Under the pieces are notes generated by a model. The model saw nothing but the letters and a program-made list of their open reading frames with translations, did not search any database and was not told the DNA's origin. DNA of 53,963 nucleotides from a virus (taxonomy: Duplodnaviria; Caudoviricetes). A program made the position numbers and the translations under genes. Shown here in pieces: positions 17,251 to 27,440 of the stretch (its first letter is position 1; every line of letters begins with the position of its first letter). Where the stretch lies: IMG/VR virus record IMGVR_UViG_3300020043_002749, positions 1-53,963 of that record, one strand, 5' to 3'.

Positions 17251-20200
17251 TTGGAGCTAACTGACCCCGCTGTAGCATTTGGTAAAAAATCTGTAGCTCC
17301 AGTTTTACCCCCTCAGAAACCCATCACAACTAAACTCACTAATCCGGCTGATGTGTTGAAGAAGCCCCAAGCCTTTGGTGGGTTGACGAAAGAAGATGTT
17401 CTGGCTACTCCAGAAGACATGTCTGCTCTTCGTGATATGATGGTGGCCTCTAAAGACACTTATTATCAAACAGCCCCTGATGAGGAAGTGTATGATGACT
17501 TTATGTCTCACATGCGTTGGATGAATACCAACGAAGTGTATACAGCTAAAGAGGCTATTGACGTGTATGCTGCCGATGATAAGACAAAGGCAGCTTATGG
17601 CAAGGCTTATGAGGTGTACGACAAAGTTGGAAGTATTTTCGCTAATGGCGGGGACGCTGGGGACAAGGCTGGTGCTATGGGAGATTACGCAAAAGCCATC
17701 TTTTTTGCACCGTCTACATGGGCTGGCTTCCTTGTGGGGAGAGCTGCATCATCTATTGCCACTAAGTCGTCTGTACAAGCCATCAAGGAATCTGTTGTTG
17801 TAGCTGGTAAAGAGGCTGCTAAAAAGGGTGCCTCTAAGACTGCTCAACGACAAGTCAAACGAGAGGTAGCACTAGCTGCTGTTAAAGTCAATGCTAAAAT
17901 TGCAACGGCTTCGGCCCTAGCAATCGAGGCCCCTCTTGCTTTTGCACAAGATGCTCTTTATCAAGATGTAATGATGGAGACTGGTGCTCAAGAGGAGTTT
18001 AGCTACATGCAATCAGCTATGTCCACCATCCTTGGTGGGGCTGGTGCTGCTACCTCTTGGTTGTCTGCTTCTACATTTAAAGGGGCTACAGGTCTTGCTG
18101 ACGCAGACGTGAAGATTAAGGCTGGTTTGAAAGAGCGAGCTAAGAAATCTCGTAAACGTGTTGCAGAAGATGTTAAGGCTGCTATTAAAGCTGTTAACAC
18201 CGATTGGATTAAGTTGGTAGAAGAGGGGAGGGGTCTGCAAGAAAACCAAGCTCTTCGTGATGCAGTGGTGAATTGGTTCACTGACTACAAGACGGACAAC
18301 GGTTTTATCTCCATTTTGCAGAGAAATGGTGCAGAACTCAATGTAGAGACTGCTGGGGGCTTTGCTAAAAGCCTCGCTAGTTTTGCTCGTGGTCTTGATG
18401 ACGATATGCGAGCTGGTATCAATGAGGCTTTTAGGCCCCTTGGTATTACGTTTGATCAGGTAGTCAATACTTTTGCTTCCACCGTTAACGAAGCTGGTTA
18501 TCAGAACCAAGCTTTGTCGTCAGCATCTAAATTCTGGGATAACTATAAAGGCATTACAGTCTCTAATCGTAAAGCTGCTGAAGGTGTTGTAGCTTCTGCC
18601 GCCGATGATGTTGAAGTTCTTCCTCAAGATGCACAAACTCTTGGTTATATTCAATCTGTTTGGAAACGTATGTTGGTGTCTCACCCCGGCACCACCACAC
18701 TAAACGTCAAAGGTTGGTTGTTCTCTATGTCTGGTAGAACATTGGCTGAGGCTGTTCAGATGTCTGCCCTTTATGGGGCTGGTGGTGTTAAGGCCCTTAT
18801 GGGTAGCACCACAGCTAATGTCACCCTTGGCCAAGCCAGTGCTCTTATGAAGAACATGGCCTATATGACGAAGATGGCTGTTGATCCGTTTACCACTGTT
18901 GAGGGTTTCTACAAGCTGCTTGAAAATGCACCTAAGAAAATCCAACGTGAGGTAGCCCAACAGTTCTTCCAAGGGGTTGACAACCGAGGTGCTGCTGCCT
19001 TTGGCCTGAACGAGAAAAGCTTTGCTGTGAGAAATACAGAGCGTCTGACGGAAATGGCACAACGCATTTCGTTTGTTAACGCGCAAGATGTTCTTACTAA
19101 GTCTTTCTCTGGAATTAAAGAACTCGACAAACAATCTCGTCTTGCTCATGGCATTGGCATTGATGACCTCCTTAACGACGGGCGTGCTCACGAAATCACA
19201 GATGAGATGTGGCAGAAAGCTGTTAATGCTCTTCAAGAAGATACGTTCTCTGTTGACTTTCGTGGGAGTAAAAGTCCTCTTGGTAAGCTTGCTCGTATTT
19301 CACAAGAGGTCTCCACAATTCCGGGTATTGGTTTTTTCTACCCGTTTGGCCAATTCGTAAACAGTATTATGGCCTTTAGTGTTAGGTACAGCCCCATTGG
19401 ATTTATCCCTCTCGCGGGGAAACTTAAAAAAGCTGGACTTAAGAGTTTTGATATGGATATGGGCACTAGGACCGCACAAGCTATTGTTGGTACTACAGCT
19501 ATTGCTATGGCTGCCCACAGAGAACGTGAGAAACAAGCTCAAGGGTTGCAATGGAACGAAGAACGTGATGAAACTGGTTCTGTCTATAAGGTAGATAACA
19601 TGTTTCCGTGGGGGCTGTATAACCTCGCTGGTCGTATTTGGAATCACTGGTCCGATGGTGAGGGCATGAATAAAGACCTCATGGTTGCTGCTGCTCAACA
19701 GCTTTCGTTTCCTGCTGCTATTGCTGAGGCGGGAAACCCACAACCTATTGGTGATCTTGTTAAGTATATGACAGACGAAACCAACCCCGAAGATGATAGG
19801 AATGCCTTCTTTGACCTTATTGGGTATGCTGTGGAGTCTGTTTCAGGTATCGCTGCTGGTTTCACTCGTCCTCTTGACCCAATTAACAAAATCGTGGGAG
19901 AGCTTGAAGATGTACAAGGCAGAACCTCTAACGTGTCAATTGACCGTAAGCAAGCTGAGGGTGTAGATGTTACAATTCAAAATCTCACTCGTTACACCAA
20001 CACCTTGTTCAACTTCCTTTTGGGGGAAGAACAAGAGGATGGTCGCCTATTGTATGGAGAGCCTAAGTATTCTGCTACGCAGAAAGGCCCTGTGAGGAAC
20101 GCTAACACAGGTGCTAGTGTCTTTGGTGCTCAGTACGTACAACGCAGAACACCTATCGATATCCTGTTAGGTATGGTGGATAAGGCTCCGTTTAAAGCTG

Positions 20201-20592
20201 ATAGCTTCACCTCTGGTAACCCTGAGTATGACAGCTTTATGAACCAATCTGTTAATCCTATCTTGGAAAGACGGGCTGTAGACATGCTCAATAACCCCCG
20301 GTTCAAAGCTTTGAGCTTAGGGCAAAAGATAGCCCGTGTAGAAGAGATGCTTGCGGCTGCAAGAGAGGAGGTGTTAGATGCTTTGGAGGGAGGAACTGTT
20401 GGCGGAACCAATGAGGTTCTGTTAAGAGAGAGAATGAAACTTCTCACTAAATCTCGTCCAGATATTATCAGTGCCAAGAAAGAACTTGGTATCACTACGC
20501 CAAACAATAAACTCAACCTCACTCAGATTAATCTGATTAACCAACACTTGAAGGTTATGAAGGAGATTTTTAAGGACGAGTTTGACTTCTAG
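17251..20592 (+). CDS. Large internal virion/ejection protein (1113 aa)
   Basis: TTG start after AAGGAG; large Ala-rich helical protein; last gene of the structural arm. Confidence 0.65.
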   Translation: MELTDPAVAFGKKSVAPVLPPQKPITTKLTNPADVLKKPQAFGGLTKEDVLATPEDMSALRDMMVASKDTYYQTAPDEEVYDDFMSHMRWMNTNEVYTAKEAIDVYAADDKTKAAYGKAYEVYDKVGSIFANGGDAGDKAGAMGDYAKAIFFAPSTWAGFLVGRAASSIATKSSVQAIKESVVVAGKEAAKKGASKTAQRQVKREVALAAVKVNAKIATASALAIEAPLAFAQDALYQDVMMETGAQEEFSYMQSAMSTILGGAGAATSWLSASTFKGATGLADADVKIKAGLKERAKKSRKRVAEDVKAAIKAVNTDWIKLVEEGRGLQENQALRDAVVNWFTDYKTDNGFISILQRNGAELNVETAGGFAKSLASFARGLDDDMRAGINEAFRPLGITFDQVVNTFASTVNEAGYQNQALSSASKFWDNYKGITVSNRKAAEGVVASAADDVEVLPQDAQTLGYIQSVWKRMLVSHPGTTTLNVKGWLFSMSGRTLAEAVQMSALYGAGGVKALMGSTTANVTLGQASALMKNMAYMTKMAVDPFTTVEGFYKLLENAPKKIQREVAQQFFQGVDNRGAAAFGLNEKSFAVRNTERLTEMAQRISFVNAQDVLTKSFSGIKELDKQSRLAHGIGIDDLLNDGRAHEITDEMWQKAVNALQEDTFSVDFRGSKSPLGKLARISQEVSTIPGIGFFYPFGQFVNSIMAFSVRYSPIGFIPLAGKLKKAGLKSFDMDMGTRTAQAIVGTTAIAMAAHREREKQAQGLQWNEERDETGSVYKVDNMFPWGLYNLAGRIWNHWSDGEGMNKDLMVAAAQQLSFPAAIAEAGNPQPIGDLVKYMTDETNPEDDRNAFFDLIGYAVESVSGIAAGFTRPLDPINKIVGELEDVQGRTSNVSIDRKQAEGVDVTIQNLTRYTNTLFNFLLGEEQEDGRLLYGEPKYSATQKGPVRNANTGASVFGAQYVQRRTPIDILLGMVDKAPFKADSFTSGNPEYDSFMNQSVNPILERRAVDMLNNPRFKALSLGQKIARVEEMLAAAREEVLDALEGGTVGGTNEVLLRERMKLLTKSRPDIISAKKELGITTPNNKLNLTQINLINQHLKVMKEIFKDEFDF

Positions 20593-20600
20593 AAATGATT

Positions 20601-20646
20601 AAGCCCGGCTCAACCTCGATTGGTTGGCCGGGCCTTTTTTATTTTT
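20601..20646. terminator. Terminator between the convergent genome arms
   Basis: GCCCGGCTCAACC-tcgatt-GGTTGGCCGGGC stem with a T-tract on the + strand, between convergent stop codons. Confidence 0.8.
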
Positions 20647-21346
20647 ACAGGTTTTCTTCGTAGAAGGCTGTGAGCCACTGTTTACAAATGTCACTACGAA
20701 CAACATCATCAAGACCAAACTCTACGACAGAGGCACTGATGTTATACTTCTTAGCCAGATAGATGGCTTTAGACAAACCAGATTGTTCTTTAATATCACT
20801 CTGTCTAATGTCACCGTTCATAACCAACTTGCAGCCTTCACCAATACGAGTGACAAGCATCTTAAATTGGGCCACGTCTAGGTTCTGGCACTCATCGGCT
20901 AGGATGAAGGCATCTTTGTACGAAGAGCCTCTCATGTATTCAAGTGGTGCCATTTGGATGTTACCACTTTTAATCCCCGTCTCTACAACACCTTTACCAA
21001 GCTGTTCTTCTAGGACAGAGAGAACAGGACTAAGCCAAGGACCAAACTTTTCTCCAAGATCACCGGGCAGAGCACCCAGAGATTTACCTACAGAGACAGC
21101 AGGACGAGTGATGATAATCTTCTTAATAGCTCTGGTGGCGTATAAGTTGGCAGCTACAGTGGCAGCTACAAACGTCTTGCCTGTGCCAGAGGGGCCAAGA
21201 ACAATGATCTGATCGTAATTCATCAAAGAGTCGATGTAAAGTTCTTGGTTATCGTTGAGAGGCGTGAGGCTGATCGTTCGACCAGCCCCCTCCTCCCCCG
21301 CATTCTTGTAACGAGAAATACGCTTGCCTTTAGGCTTTTCTAGCAT
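20645..21346 (-). CDS. phoH: PhoH-like ATPase
   Basis: GPSGTGKT Walker A, ITRP, LGALPG, YMRG, DECQN and GDIRQSD motifs. Confidence 0.92.
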   Translation of the reverse strand: MLEKPKGKRISRYKNAGEEGAGRTISLTPLNDNQELYIDSLMNYDQIIVLGPSGTGKTFVAATVAANLYATRAIKKIIITRPAVSVGKSLGALPGDLGEKFGPWLSPVLSVLEEQLGKGVVETGIKSGNIQMAPLEYMRGSSYKDAFILADECQNLDVAQFKMLVTRIGEGCKLVMNGDIRQSDIKEQSGLSKAIYLAKKYNISASVVEFGLDDVVRSDICKQWLTAFYEENL

Positions 21347-21497
21347 CTTGTTTTCCACTTGGGGTGAGATTAAAACCTATTTTAATAGTCTTTCGTACTA
21401 GATAAGGCTCGCCACTGGAGGTTAATACCAGTAACTGCCTTTCTGGAGGGTCTTCATAAACTGTGATAGTTTGCAGGGGAAAATCCTCCTCCCACAT
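21330..21497 (-). CDS. Hypothetical protein, 55 aa (MWEEDFPLQT...), not in the ORF track
   Basis: Translated by hand; TAATG-coupled to the RNR stop; fills the RNR-PhoH gap. Confidence 0.55.
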   Translation of the reverse strand: MWEEDFPLQTITVYEDPPERQLLVLTSSGEPYLVRKTIKIGFNLTPSGKQDARKA

Positions 21498-23980
21498 TAT
21501 TCACAGGTCCGAAGTCCAGTTGCAGGGTCGAAGTAACATGCTCCACCCTCTTTCTCGTCAACAAAAGATGTATCAACCTCTTCTGCGACAGGTTCAGCCA
21601 CGTCTTCTACAGCAGCAGCGTTAAGGATACCATAACGTTTACCGGAGGCACGGAAGGTTGTACAACCAGATGCTCCGCCGAGATAAGCTTGCATGTATAC
21701 ATTTTTGAACTCATCCCACGTAACATCGTCTCCAACATTGCAGGTTTTGGAGCAAGCAGAATCTACATACTTACTAGCAAGGTTAAGGACTGCTACGTGA
21801 TCAAGCACAGGAGTTTGATCCGCCGTTTGGCCCGCCACACTGTACACACGATAAGCGTAATCTTCTACACGCTCTACAATAGGACCATCAAAGGTTTGGA
21901 TGGTACGGTCATAATAGTGAGAGAAGACAGGTTCAATACCAGAGCTTACATTATCAGCAGAGAGACTAATAGTGCCAGTAGGAGCGATGGAAAGCAAATG
22001 ACTATTGCGAATACCAAATTGTCTAATGTAGTCGCGGATAGCCTCTGGAAGAGTTTGTGCAAATCCAGATTTAAGATACTCTTCAGCATTGAATAGAGGA
22101 AACGGGCCTTTCTCAATAGCAAGCTCCACAGATGTGGTATATACAGTGTTACGAAGGAAGGTCATCACCCCTTCAAGCCAACGCAAGAACTCTTTAGAGC
22201 CGTACTTATGACCAAGGATTTCGCCAGCATTAGCTACACCAGTGAGGCCCAAACCCATCCGACGTTTATTTTTAGCCTCAATCTCTTGAGCTTTAAGTGG
22301 GTAAACAGTTTTGTCGATAACATTGTCCATTGCACGAACGATGACTTTTAGATCATCAAACATTTGTGCGTACTCTAACACAAAATCTCCAGTGTAAATG
22401 TCACGAGAGACATACTTAGGTAGGTTAAGAGAACCTAGTAGACAAGCTCCATACGGGGGCAAAGGTTGTTCGCCGCAGTTATGTACTACAATAAAATCAG
22501 CGATAAAATTATGAGTGTCCTCAACAGACATATCGTAAACATCTGCCAACGGGCCTTCTACAACTGAGACGACGCAAGCGCCCTTTTGATTTTTTAGGTT
22601 TGATCGTAGTTCTTTTGGCATTGGTACAATAGGTTTCTTATAACCGGAATTTTTTGTTGCCCACTTACCATCTATACCTTTCACTTGATGGTCATTTGCA
22701 CATTCAAAACGTGTTAGGGCCGAGTGTTCTGAATGTGATAAGTTACACAAATTACTCGCAACATTATTATAGGTATTTCCATCTAGATGGTGGATATCTT
22801 CATCTTCAGGAATAGTCCCATACATACCCTCAAACATAAAACGATGTTCCATCCGATACGCACGGTTGTGTTCTGTAGAGAGTTTAATACCCGAATAGGC
22901 TACACCACGTTTTGCTCGACAAAGGTGAACAAGTAAGTCCCCTTTTGTCAATTCATCAGCCCTAGTCCAACCTCTCCCCCGCACATAAATCTTATGATCT
23001 GGGGTGCAAGTTACTTGTTTACCGCTACCAACAGTGACGATAACAGTTCTTGTATTCGTTTTTGATTTCCAAGATGCACTTGCTTGTTTAACACCCAAAG
23101 AACCATCAGGCAACATAGTATAAACTTTTGTTGGTGATGTGATATCTTTAATTTTTCGACGACCCTCAACAGTTTCTACAATTGTATCCCCATGCAAACA
23201 AGGATTCGTAGCTCCAATCGTTTCACAGTAATGAAGGTTGTTCTTCTTATTGATTGTGTCAATAAACAACACACCCGGCTCTGCCCAATCCCATGTCGAA
23301 CGCAGAATCTTATTCCACAGGGCTACAGCACTAACTTGTTTATAGACAACCCCATCAAACTTAAGGTCAAACATCTTATTGTCAATGACCGCATCCATAA
23401 ACTCATCAGTGATGCCAACAGAGATGTTAAACTGTGTCAAACGATTGCTATTATTCTTGACCTCAATGAACTCCTCAATGTCAGGGTGGTCAACACGAAG
23501 AACGCCCATTTGAGCGCCACGGCGGTGACCAGCAGAAGCAATCGTCTTACAGATCGCATCAAAGATGTCCATGAAGGCAATGGGACCACTAGAACGTGTG
23601 TCAAGGCTCTTAATAAGAGCACCACGTGGTCTCAACGTAGAGAAGTCGTACCCGATACCACCGCCAAGACGCATAGTCTCAGCGGCCTCTTTTGCGGCCT
23701 CCATGATGCTGTCCATACTGTCATTAATGTCACGACTGACGAAACAGTTGAAAGCGGTGACGACACGAGGACTGCCAATAGCGGATTGGACACGTCCAGC
23801 AGGCAAGAACCGCATATTTAGGAGAAGGTCTTTGAACTTAAGGTAGTGTTCTTCGTTATCTTTAAGAGTGTCTGCCACACGGATCATAGCTTCACGAAAG
23901 CTTTCCCCCTTGGCACGGTATTTCATAGCGTGAATTTCATCGGAGATTCGAAGTATAGGCCCGTATTTTTTCTCTGTCAA
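21497..23980 (-). CDS. nrdJ: Ribonucleotide reductase, class II (adenosylcobalamin-dependent), intein-containing
   Basis: FLPAGR, AFNCFV, GGGIG, RRGAQM, NP-[intein]-CGEQ, CLLGSLNL and SIAPTGTIS motifs; no beta subunit gene in the window. Confidence 0.88.
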   Translation of the reverse strand: MTEKKYGPILRISDEIHAMKYRAKGESFREAMIRVADTLKDNEEHYLKFKDLLLNMRFLPAGRVQSAIGSPRVVTAFNCFVSRDINDSMDSIMEAAKEAAETMRLGGGIGYDFSTLRPRGALIKSLDTRSSGPIAFMDIFDAICKTIASAGHRRGAQMGVLRVDHPDIEEFIEVKNNSNRLTQFNISVGITDEFMDAVIDNKMFDLKFDGVVYKQVSAVALWNKILRSTWDWAEPGVLFIDTINKKNNLHYCETIGATNPCLHGDTIVETVEGRRKIKDITSPTKVYTMLPDGSLGVKQASASWKSKTNTRTVIVTVGSGKQVTCTPDHKIYVRGRGWTRADELTKGDLLVHLCRAKRGVAYSGIKLSTEHNRAYRMEHRFMFEGMYGTIPEDEDIHHLDGNTYNNVASNLCNLSHSEHSALTRFECANDHQVKGIDGKWATKNSGYKKPIVPMPKELRSNLKNQKGACVVSVVEGPLADVYDMSVEDTHNFIADFIVVHNCGEQPLPPYGACLLGSLNLPKYVSRDIYTGDFVLEYAQMFDDLKVIVRAMDNVIDKTVYPLKAQEIEAKNKRRMGLGLTGVANAGEILGHKYGSKEFLRWLEGVMTFLRNTVYTTSVELAIEKGPFPLFNAEEYLKSGFAQTLPEAIRDYIRQFGIRNSHLLSIAPTGTISLSADNVSSGIEPVFSHYYDRTIQTFDGPIVERVEDYAYRVYSVAGQTADQTPVLDHVAVLNLASKYVDSACSKTCNVGDDVTWDEFKNVYMQAYLGGASGCTTFRASGKRYGILNAAAVEDVAEPVAEEVDTSFVDEKEGGACYFDPATGLRTCE
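22478..23200 (-). mobile_element. Intein (241 aa) with internal HNH endonuclease, inserted in the RNR NP/CGEQ motif
   Basis: Starts CLHGDT, has block B TPDHKI, ends VYDMSV..THNF...VVHN before Cys+1. Internal EHR...IHHLDGNTYNN..SNL HNH motif. Confidence 0.92.
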
Positions 23981-24186
23981 TTAAAAATCTCCTTTAGGAT
24001 ATAGTAAAGCTTACCGGGTTCTCGTAGTACCATCTCAAACCTCATGTCTCGGAGGCTCGTGTACTGAGCACCCTCTGGGTTTTTAAAAGCTTGGTTTAAG
24101 GCCTTCCTCGCTTTTGCACAGTTGACCTCGTAGATGGTTCTGTACAAATTCCCTTCGTACTCGTATGCAGAGACTTGTTTCATCAT
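23977..24186 (-). CDS. Hypothetical protein
   Basis: Overlap-coupled ORF in the operon. Confidence 0.55.
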   Translation of the reverse strand: MMKQVSAYEYEGNLYRTIYEVNCAKARKALNQAFKNPEGAQYTSLRDMRFEMVLREPGKLYYILKEIFN

Positions 24187-24626
24187 ACAACGCCTTCACT
24201 TGTGGTATAATAGCTATCTAGCAAGCTCTCCATATCTGGTGGGACATAGTTTGGCCCTTTCAAGACTTTCCCATCCTCACGATAGATAGGTTTGCCTTTG
24301 TCATCCAATTTACTCATATTGCTTTTGTGTACACGGTTAAAGGCCTGCTCTAGTGGAAGACCGAGTGTGACAGCAAACCCTGACAGTACGTATTGTACAT
24401 CTGCCATTTCTTTGAGCATACGGGCCTTGATCTTATCTGGGATACCCGCCTTAAAGTTGCTCTCTGCCATAGCGTAAGCAACTTCTTCACCAAGCTCCTT
24501 AACTTCCTCGATCAACAGATTATAACGAAACTCCAACAACTTTTCATCTGGCTGTCTAACATCTACAGCTTGCCCCACAGCTTTGTGGAAAATTCCCACA
24601 GTGTCTTCTCTATTCAAATTCTTCAC
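24183..24626 (-). CDS. MazG-like/PRA-PH family nucleotide pyrophosphohydrolase
   Basis: LLIEEVKEL, KEMADVQYV, VHKSNMSK and REDGKVLKGPNY motifs. Confidence 0.85.
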   Translation of the reverse strand: MKNLNREDTVGIFHKAVGQAVDVRQPDEKLLEFRYNLLIEEVKELGEEVAYAMAESNFKAGIPDKIKARMLKEMADVQYVLSGFAVTLGLPLEQAFNRVHKSNMSKLDDKGKPIYREDGKVLKGPNYVPPDMESLLDSYYTTSEGVV

Positions 24627-24847
24627 TCCAAATCTCCAGAAAGCAGAGAGCGGATAAACTCTTGCAACTGATAAATATCAAAGACCATATCTCGTCGTTC
24701 TTTAGAAGAACACCCAACAGATACAGTTCCATCCTTATGTTCTACGAGAAACGTAGCCCTTACAGCGTCGGCTTTAAGGTTGTCGATAAAGGTCATGTAC
24801 TCTTCGTCGTCATCGTCCAAACTGTTCAAACTTACAACATTAGTCAA
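24623..24847 (-). CDS. Hypothetical protein
   Basis: Coupled ORF, starts NVVSL. Confidence 0.5.
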   Translation of the reverse strand: MTNVVSLNSLDDDDEEYMTFIDNLKADAVRATFLVEHKDGTVSVGCSSKERRDMVFDIYQLQEFIRSLLSGDLE

Positions 24848-25377
24848 ATCGGTCTCCCATAAAATTGTGTTCTTTGTTTATTATCTTTGTCGAAGAAATA
24901 CCATGCGTAGTTTTCTACACCACCTGTCTTACTGTCTTCAATCCACTTAACTCGTCCAATGGATACAATCTTCGTGCAGACATTTAGGTATTTAGAAAAC
25001 CTAATGTTGTGCATAAAATCCGCTGGCAAAAGTAGGACAGTTGGTTTTAAACTAACCCATTTGTCCATAAGCGGTGATAGGACACTCCATGTAAAAGGTG
25101 GATTGGTAATGATGCAATCACAAAACTGAAGCTCTTCCTCAGTTAAGTCAAGCCCATTACCAACTTCAATGCCATCAGCTTGTGGCTCAATATCCTTGGA
25201 CACAAAAGCTGTAGCTTGAAATAGGGTGTCTAGGTGTTCAATAAGAGCACCATTACCAGCACAAGGTTCAGCGTACCAGAAGTGACTAGGTAGGTGCCCC
25301 ACAAGAGGCATTACAGCTTTTTTGGGGGTGGGATAGAAGTCACGAGGTCTTTTTTCGTAATTAGATGTTTTACCCAT
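24844..25377 (-). CDS. Orphan DNA amino-methyltransferase (N6-A/N4-C type)
   Basis: DFYPTP, EPCAGNG SAM-binding motif and ITNPPF catalytic motif. Confidence 0.8.
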   Translation of the reverse strand: MGKTSNYEKRPRDFYPTPKKAVMPLVGHLPSHFWYAEPCAGNGALIEHLDTLFQATAFVSKDIEPQADGIEVGNGLDLTEEELQFCDCIITNPPFTWSVLSPLMDKWVSLKPTVLLLPADFMHNIRFSKYLNVCTKIVSIGRVKWIEDSKTGGVENYAWYFFDKDNKQRTQFYGRPI

Positions 25378-26026
25378 CAGCCCTCCCCAAGACAACTGGA
25401 AATGCAGGAATCAAAACTTCTCTGATCTTACGTGCCAACACAACATGCTCCCACTGAGTTACACCTTCATCATCTCTAACTTCTAGGTAATGGAGCCAGC
25501 TACGAAGGGTGCCATTTACATATAACTTGCTCATAGTAAGCCCTTCAGGAAGAAAAACCCTTGCACACTCTTTGGCAATTTGATGGGAACGGGCGTTTTG
25601 ATAGATGGGTCTAATTACATCAAGAAGGTAGTCCACTTCGTGCTGCATGGTCTCTTTGTCATACTCAGACAAGTCATCCACACTGTTCTGCCTATTTTTA
25701 TCATCCTGTCGTCTAAACTCACGATCAGTGAACTCGATCTCATCGCTATATCGTTGACTAAACTCTTGAAACGAAAAACTGCGATGACGTAACAATTGTC
25801 TGGTAATATCTCGTGGGGCCTCCACCTCAACTACAGCATTAGCCATCTCAAAGATGGAGTAGTGTTTATTACGAATACAGTAGTCTAGAAGAGTGCCAAG
25901 TTCCTTATCTTGGTGTTGAGGGTTACTAACACGGGCACAATATGCAACGAGACCCTCCGGCCCCGTTGCTCGCAGTTCAATAGTGGGTTGGGTAATCCCA
26001 ACTAACTTAGCCGTGATCTTGGTCAA
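25370..26026 (-). CDS. thyX: Flavin-dependent thymidylate synthase
   Basis: RHRSFSFQEFSQRY signature; ARVS, KECARVFLP and NGTLRSW motifs. Confidence 0.93.
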   Translation of the reverse strand: MTKITAKLVGITQPTIELRATGPEGLVAYCARVSNPQHQDKELGTLLDYCIRNKHYSIFEMANAVVEVEAPRDITRQLLRHRSFSFQEFSQRYSDEIEFTDREFRRQDDKNRQNSVDDLSEYDKETMQHEVDYLLDVIRPIYQNARSHQIAKECARVFLPEGLTMSKLYVNGTLRSWLHYLEVRDDEGVTQWEHVVLARKIREVLIPAFPVVLGRADG

Positions 26027-26171
26027 CTAACACTACCTCCGCTTCCATCTTAAGTCTTGCGATAACATCATCAACCAAGGCTTTATTTTCGTCTGAACGG
26101 TCTTTGGAGAAACGGGCCATAATTCCGTTGTACTCCCTGACCGTTTCGTTCAATTTTTTTAGTTTTTTCAT
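26007..26171 (-). CDS. Hypothetical protein
   Basis: Short helical ORF overlapping the thyX start. Confidence 0.4.
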   Translation of the reverse strand: MKKLKKLNETVREYNGIMARFSKDRSDENKALVDDVIARLKMEAEVVLVDQDHG

Positions 26172-26229
26172 TCTCTCACCGCTGCAAATACGAGGATAAC
26201 ACAAAGGGTAACAAGTACAAACTCAAACA

Positions 26230-27003
26230 TTAGGTCGCTTGATTTGCAATCAGATTTTCGTTTTTAGCTAGAAGACTATATCTTCCTCTGCCCCAACCAC
26301 CACAATCATTACACTGATAACGATGGTATTTGCCGACAGAAGTGTAGGCGTAGCCACGCCATTGAACATGGATACCACCACACTTAGGGCACACAGGCTC
26401 TTCTTTGTTTTCAGCGTACACAGCTAAGTTAGGGTGCTTAGTGTCATAGGGACGAAGTTTAATGTAGAGTTCTTCTAGAGCGAGAACATCGATGATATTG
26501 TACTCTCGCATTTCAGACCATGCCTCTTCGTTTCCACGAAGACACTCAAGCCACAACTCAAATCCGGGAAACTTCTTATGCCCGCCCTTCTTTGTTTTAC
26601 ACCCCATAACCGTGGTCAGATACTCTAGGGAGTTGGAAGGGAATGCAAATTCACGTTTGGCAATCAGTAGGGTATCGATCACCTTAACAGGTGATGGGGG
26701 CTTAATGCCGTGTACAACTGCCCTAGCTCGAATTTGCTTCATATCAAATCGCTCACCATTATGTGCGATAATCATATCAGCTTCATCTAGCAGATGACAC
26801 ATTTTCTCTACGATAAGGCGATCATTGTCCTTTCTGTTCTCTTCGTAGAAAATCTCATCACCACCAAGCCATTTAGCGGAGAAAGACATAATGTGCCCAT
26901 GCTCCTTGACCTGTTTAGCAGAGATGTTCTCTTTGAAGAAGCGCCACACATACGCGATTTTTGGTGCAGTTTCAATATCTAGAACGAGGATTTTAACACT
27001 CAA
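26230..27003 (-). CDS. DEDD/RNase H-like 3'-5' exonuclease with C-terminal Zn ribbon
   Basis: LDIET, AHNGERFD, IDTL and YNIIDV motifs; CPKCG...CNDCG. Confidence 0.85.
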   Translation of the reverse strand: MSVKILVLDIETAPKIAYVWRFFKENISAKQVKEHGHIMSFSAKWLGGDEIFYEENRKDNDRLIVEKMCHLLDEADMIIAHNGERFDMKQIRARAVVHGIKPPSPVKVIDTLLIAKREFAFPSNSLEYLTTVMGCKTKKGGHKKFPGFELWLECLRGNEEAWSEMREYNIIDVLALEELYIKLRPYDTKHPNLAVYAENKEEPVCPKCGGIHVQWRGYAYTSVGKYHRYQCNDCGGWGRGRYSLLAKNENLIANQAT

Positions 27004-27020
27004 TGCACATACTCCGGGAA

Positions 27021-27440
27021 TTATACGCGATCATCTTTGCCTACCTCTCTTTGTTCATATGCCAAAAGAAAGGCAATGCAACAAGCTGCGTGTTCTAGGT
27101 GAGAGAAGCCTGTCTCAGGGTCTTTGTCCTCACCTTTCCACCATGCCCAAGAGTGACGTTGTAGGGCAGAGAAAACCCTGCTCCAATCCATACCTTTTTC
27201 CCAATTACGGGGGGCGTATTTTTTGGCACCAAACTGCAAGACTTTGGCGACAGACTCCATCAACTCAGGGGGAATTAGGTCGTATGGCAATTTGTCTTGA
27301 TCGTGCTTAACCCCAAAGACAGACGCTGTTGGCAATTGAGAGATAACGGCGTTTGCCTTCTCTACTGCTTTTTCTATACCTAGTTTGGGAAGATAGTACG
27401 TAGTTTTTCCAGACTCAAGGTCTCCGGGAAACAAACTCAT
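27021..27440 (-). CDS. dATP/dGTP diphosphohydrolase-like protein (DUF5664 type)
   Basis: KHDQDKLPYDLIP, FGAKKY..RNWEKG and DPETGFSHLEHA motifs. Confidence 0.8.
   Translation of the reverse strand: MSLFPGDLESGKTTYYLPKLGIEKAVEKANAVISQLPTASVFGVKHDQDKLPYDLIPPELMESVAKVLQFGAKKYAPRNWEKGMDWSRVFSALQRHSWAWWKGEDKDPETGFSHLEHAACCIAFLLAYEQREVGKDDRV

Noticed and set aside
27021-27440. 2-aminoadenine (Z) genome pathway suggested by the dATP/dGTP diphosphohydrolase
   Set aside because: No PurZ-like or HD-domain dATPase gene is visible in the window.
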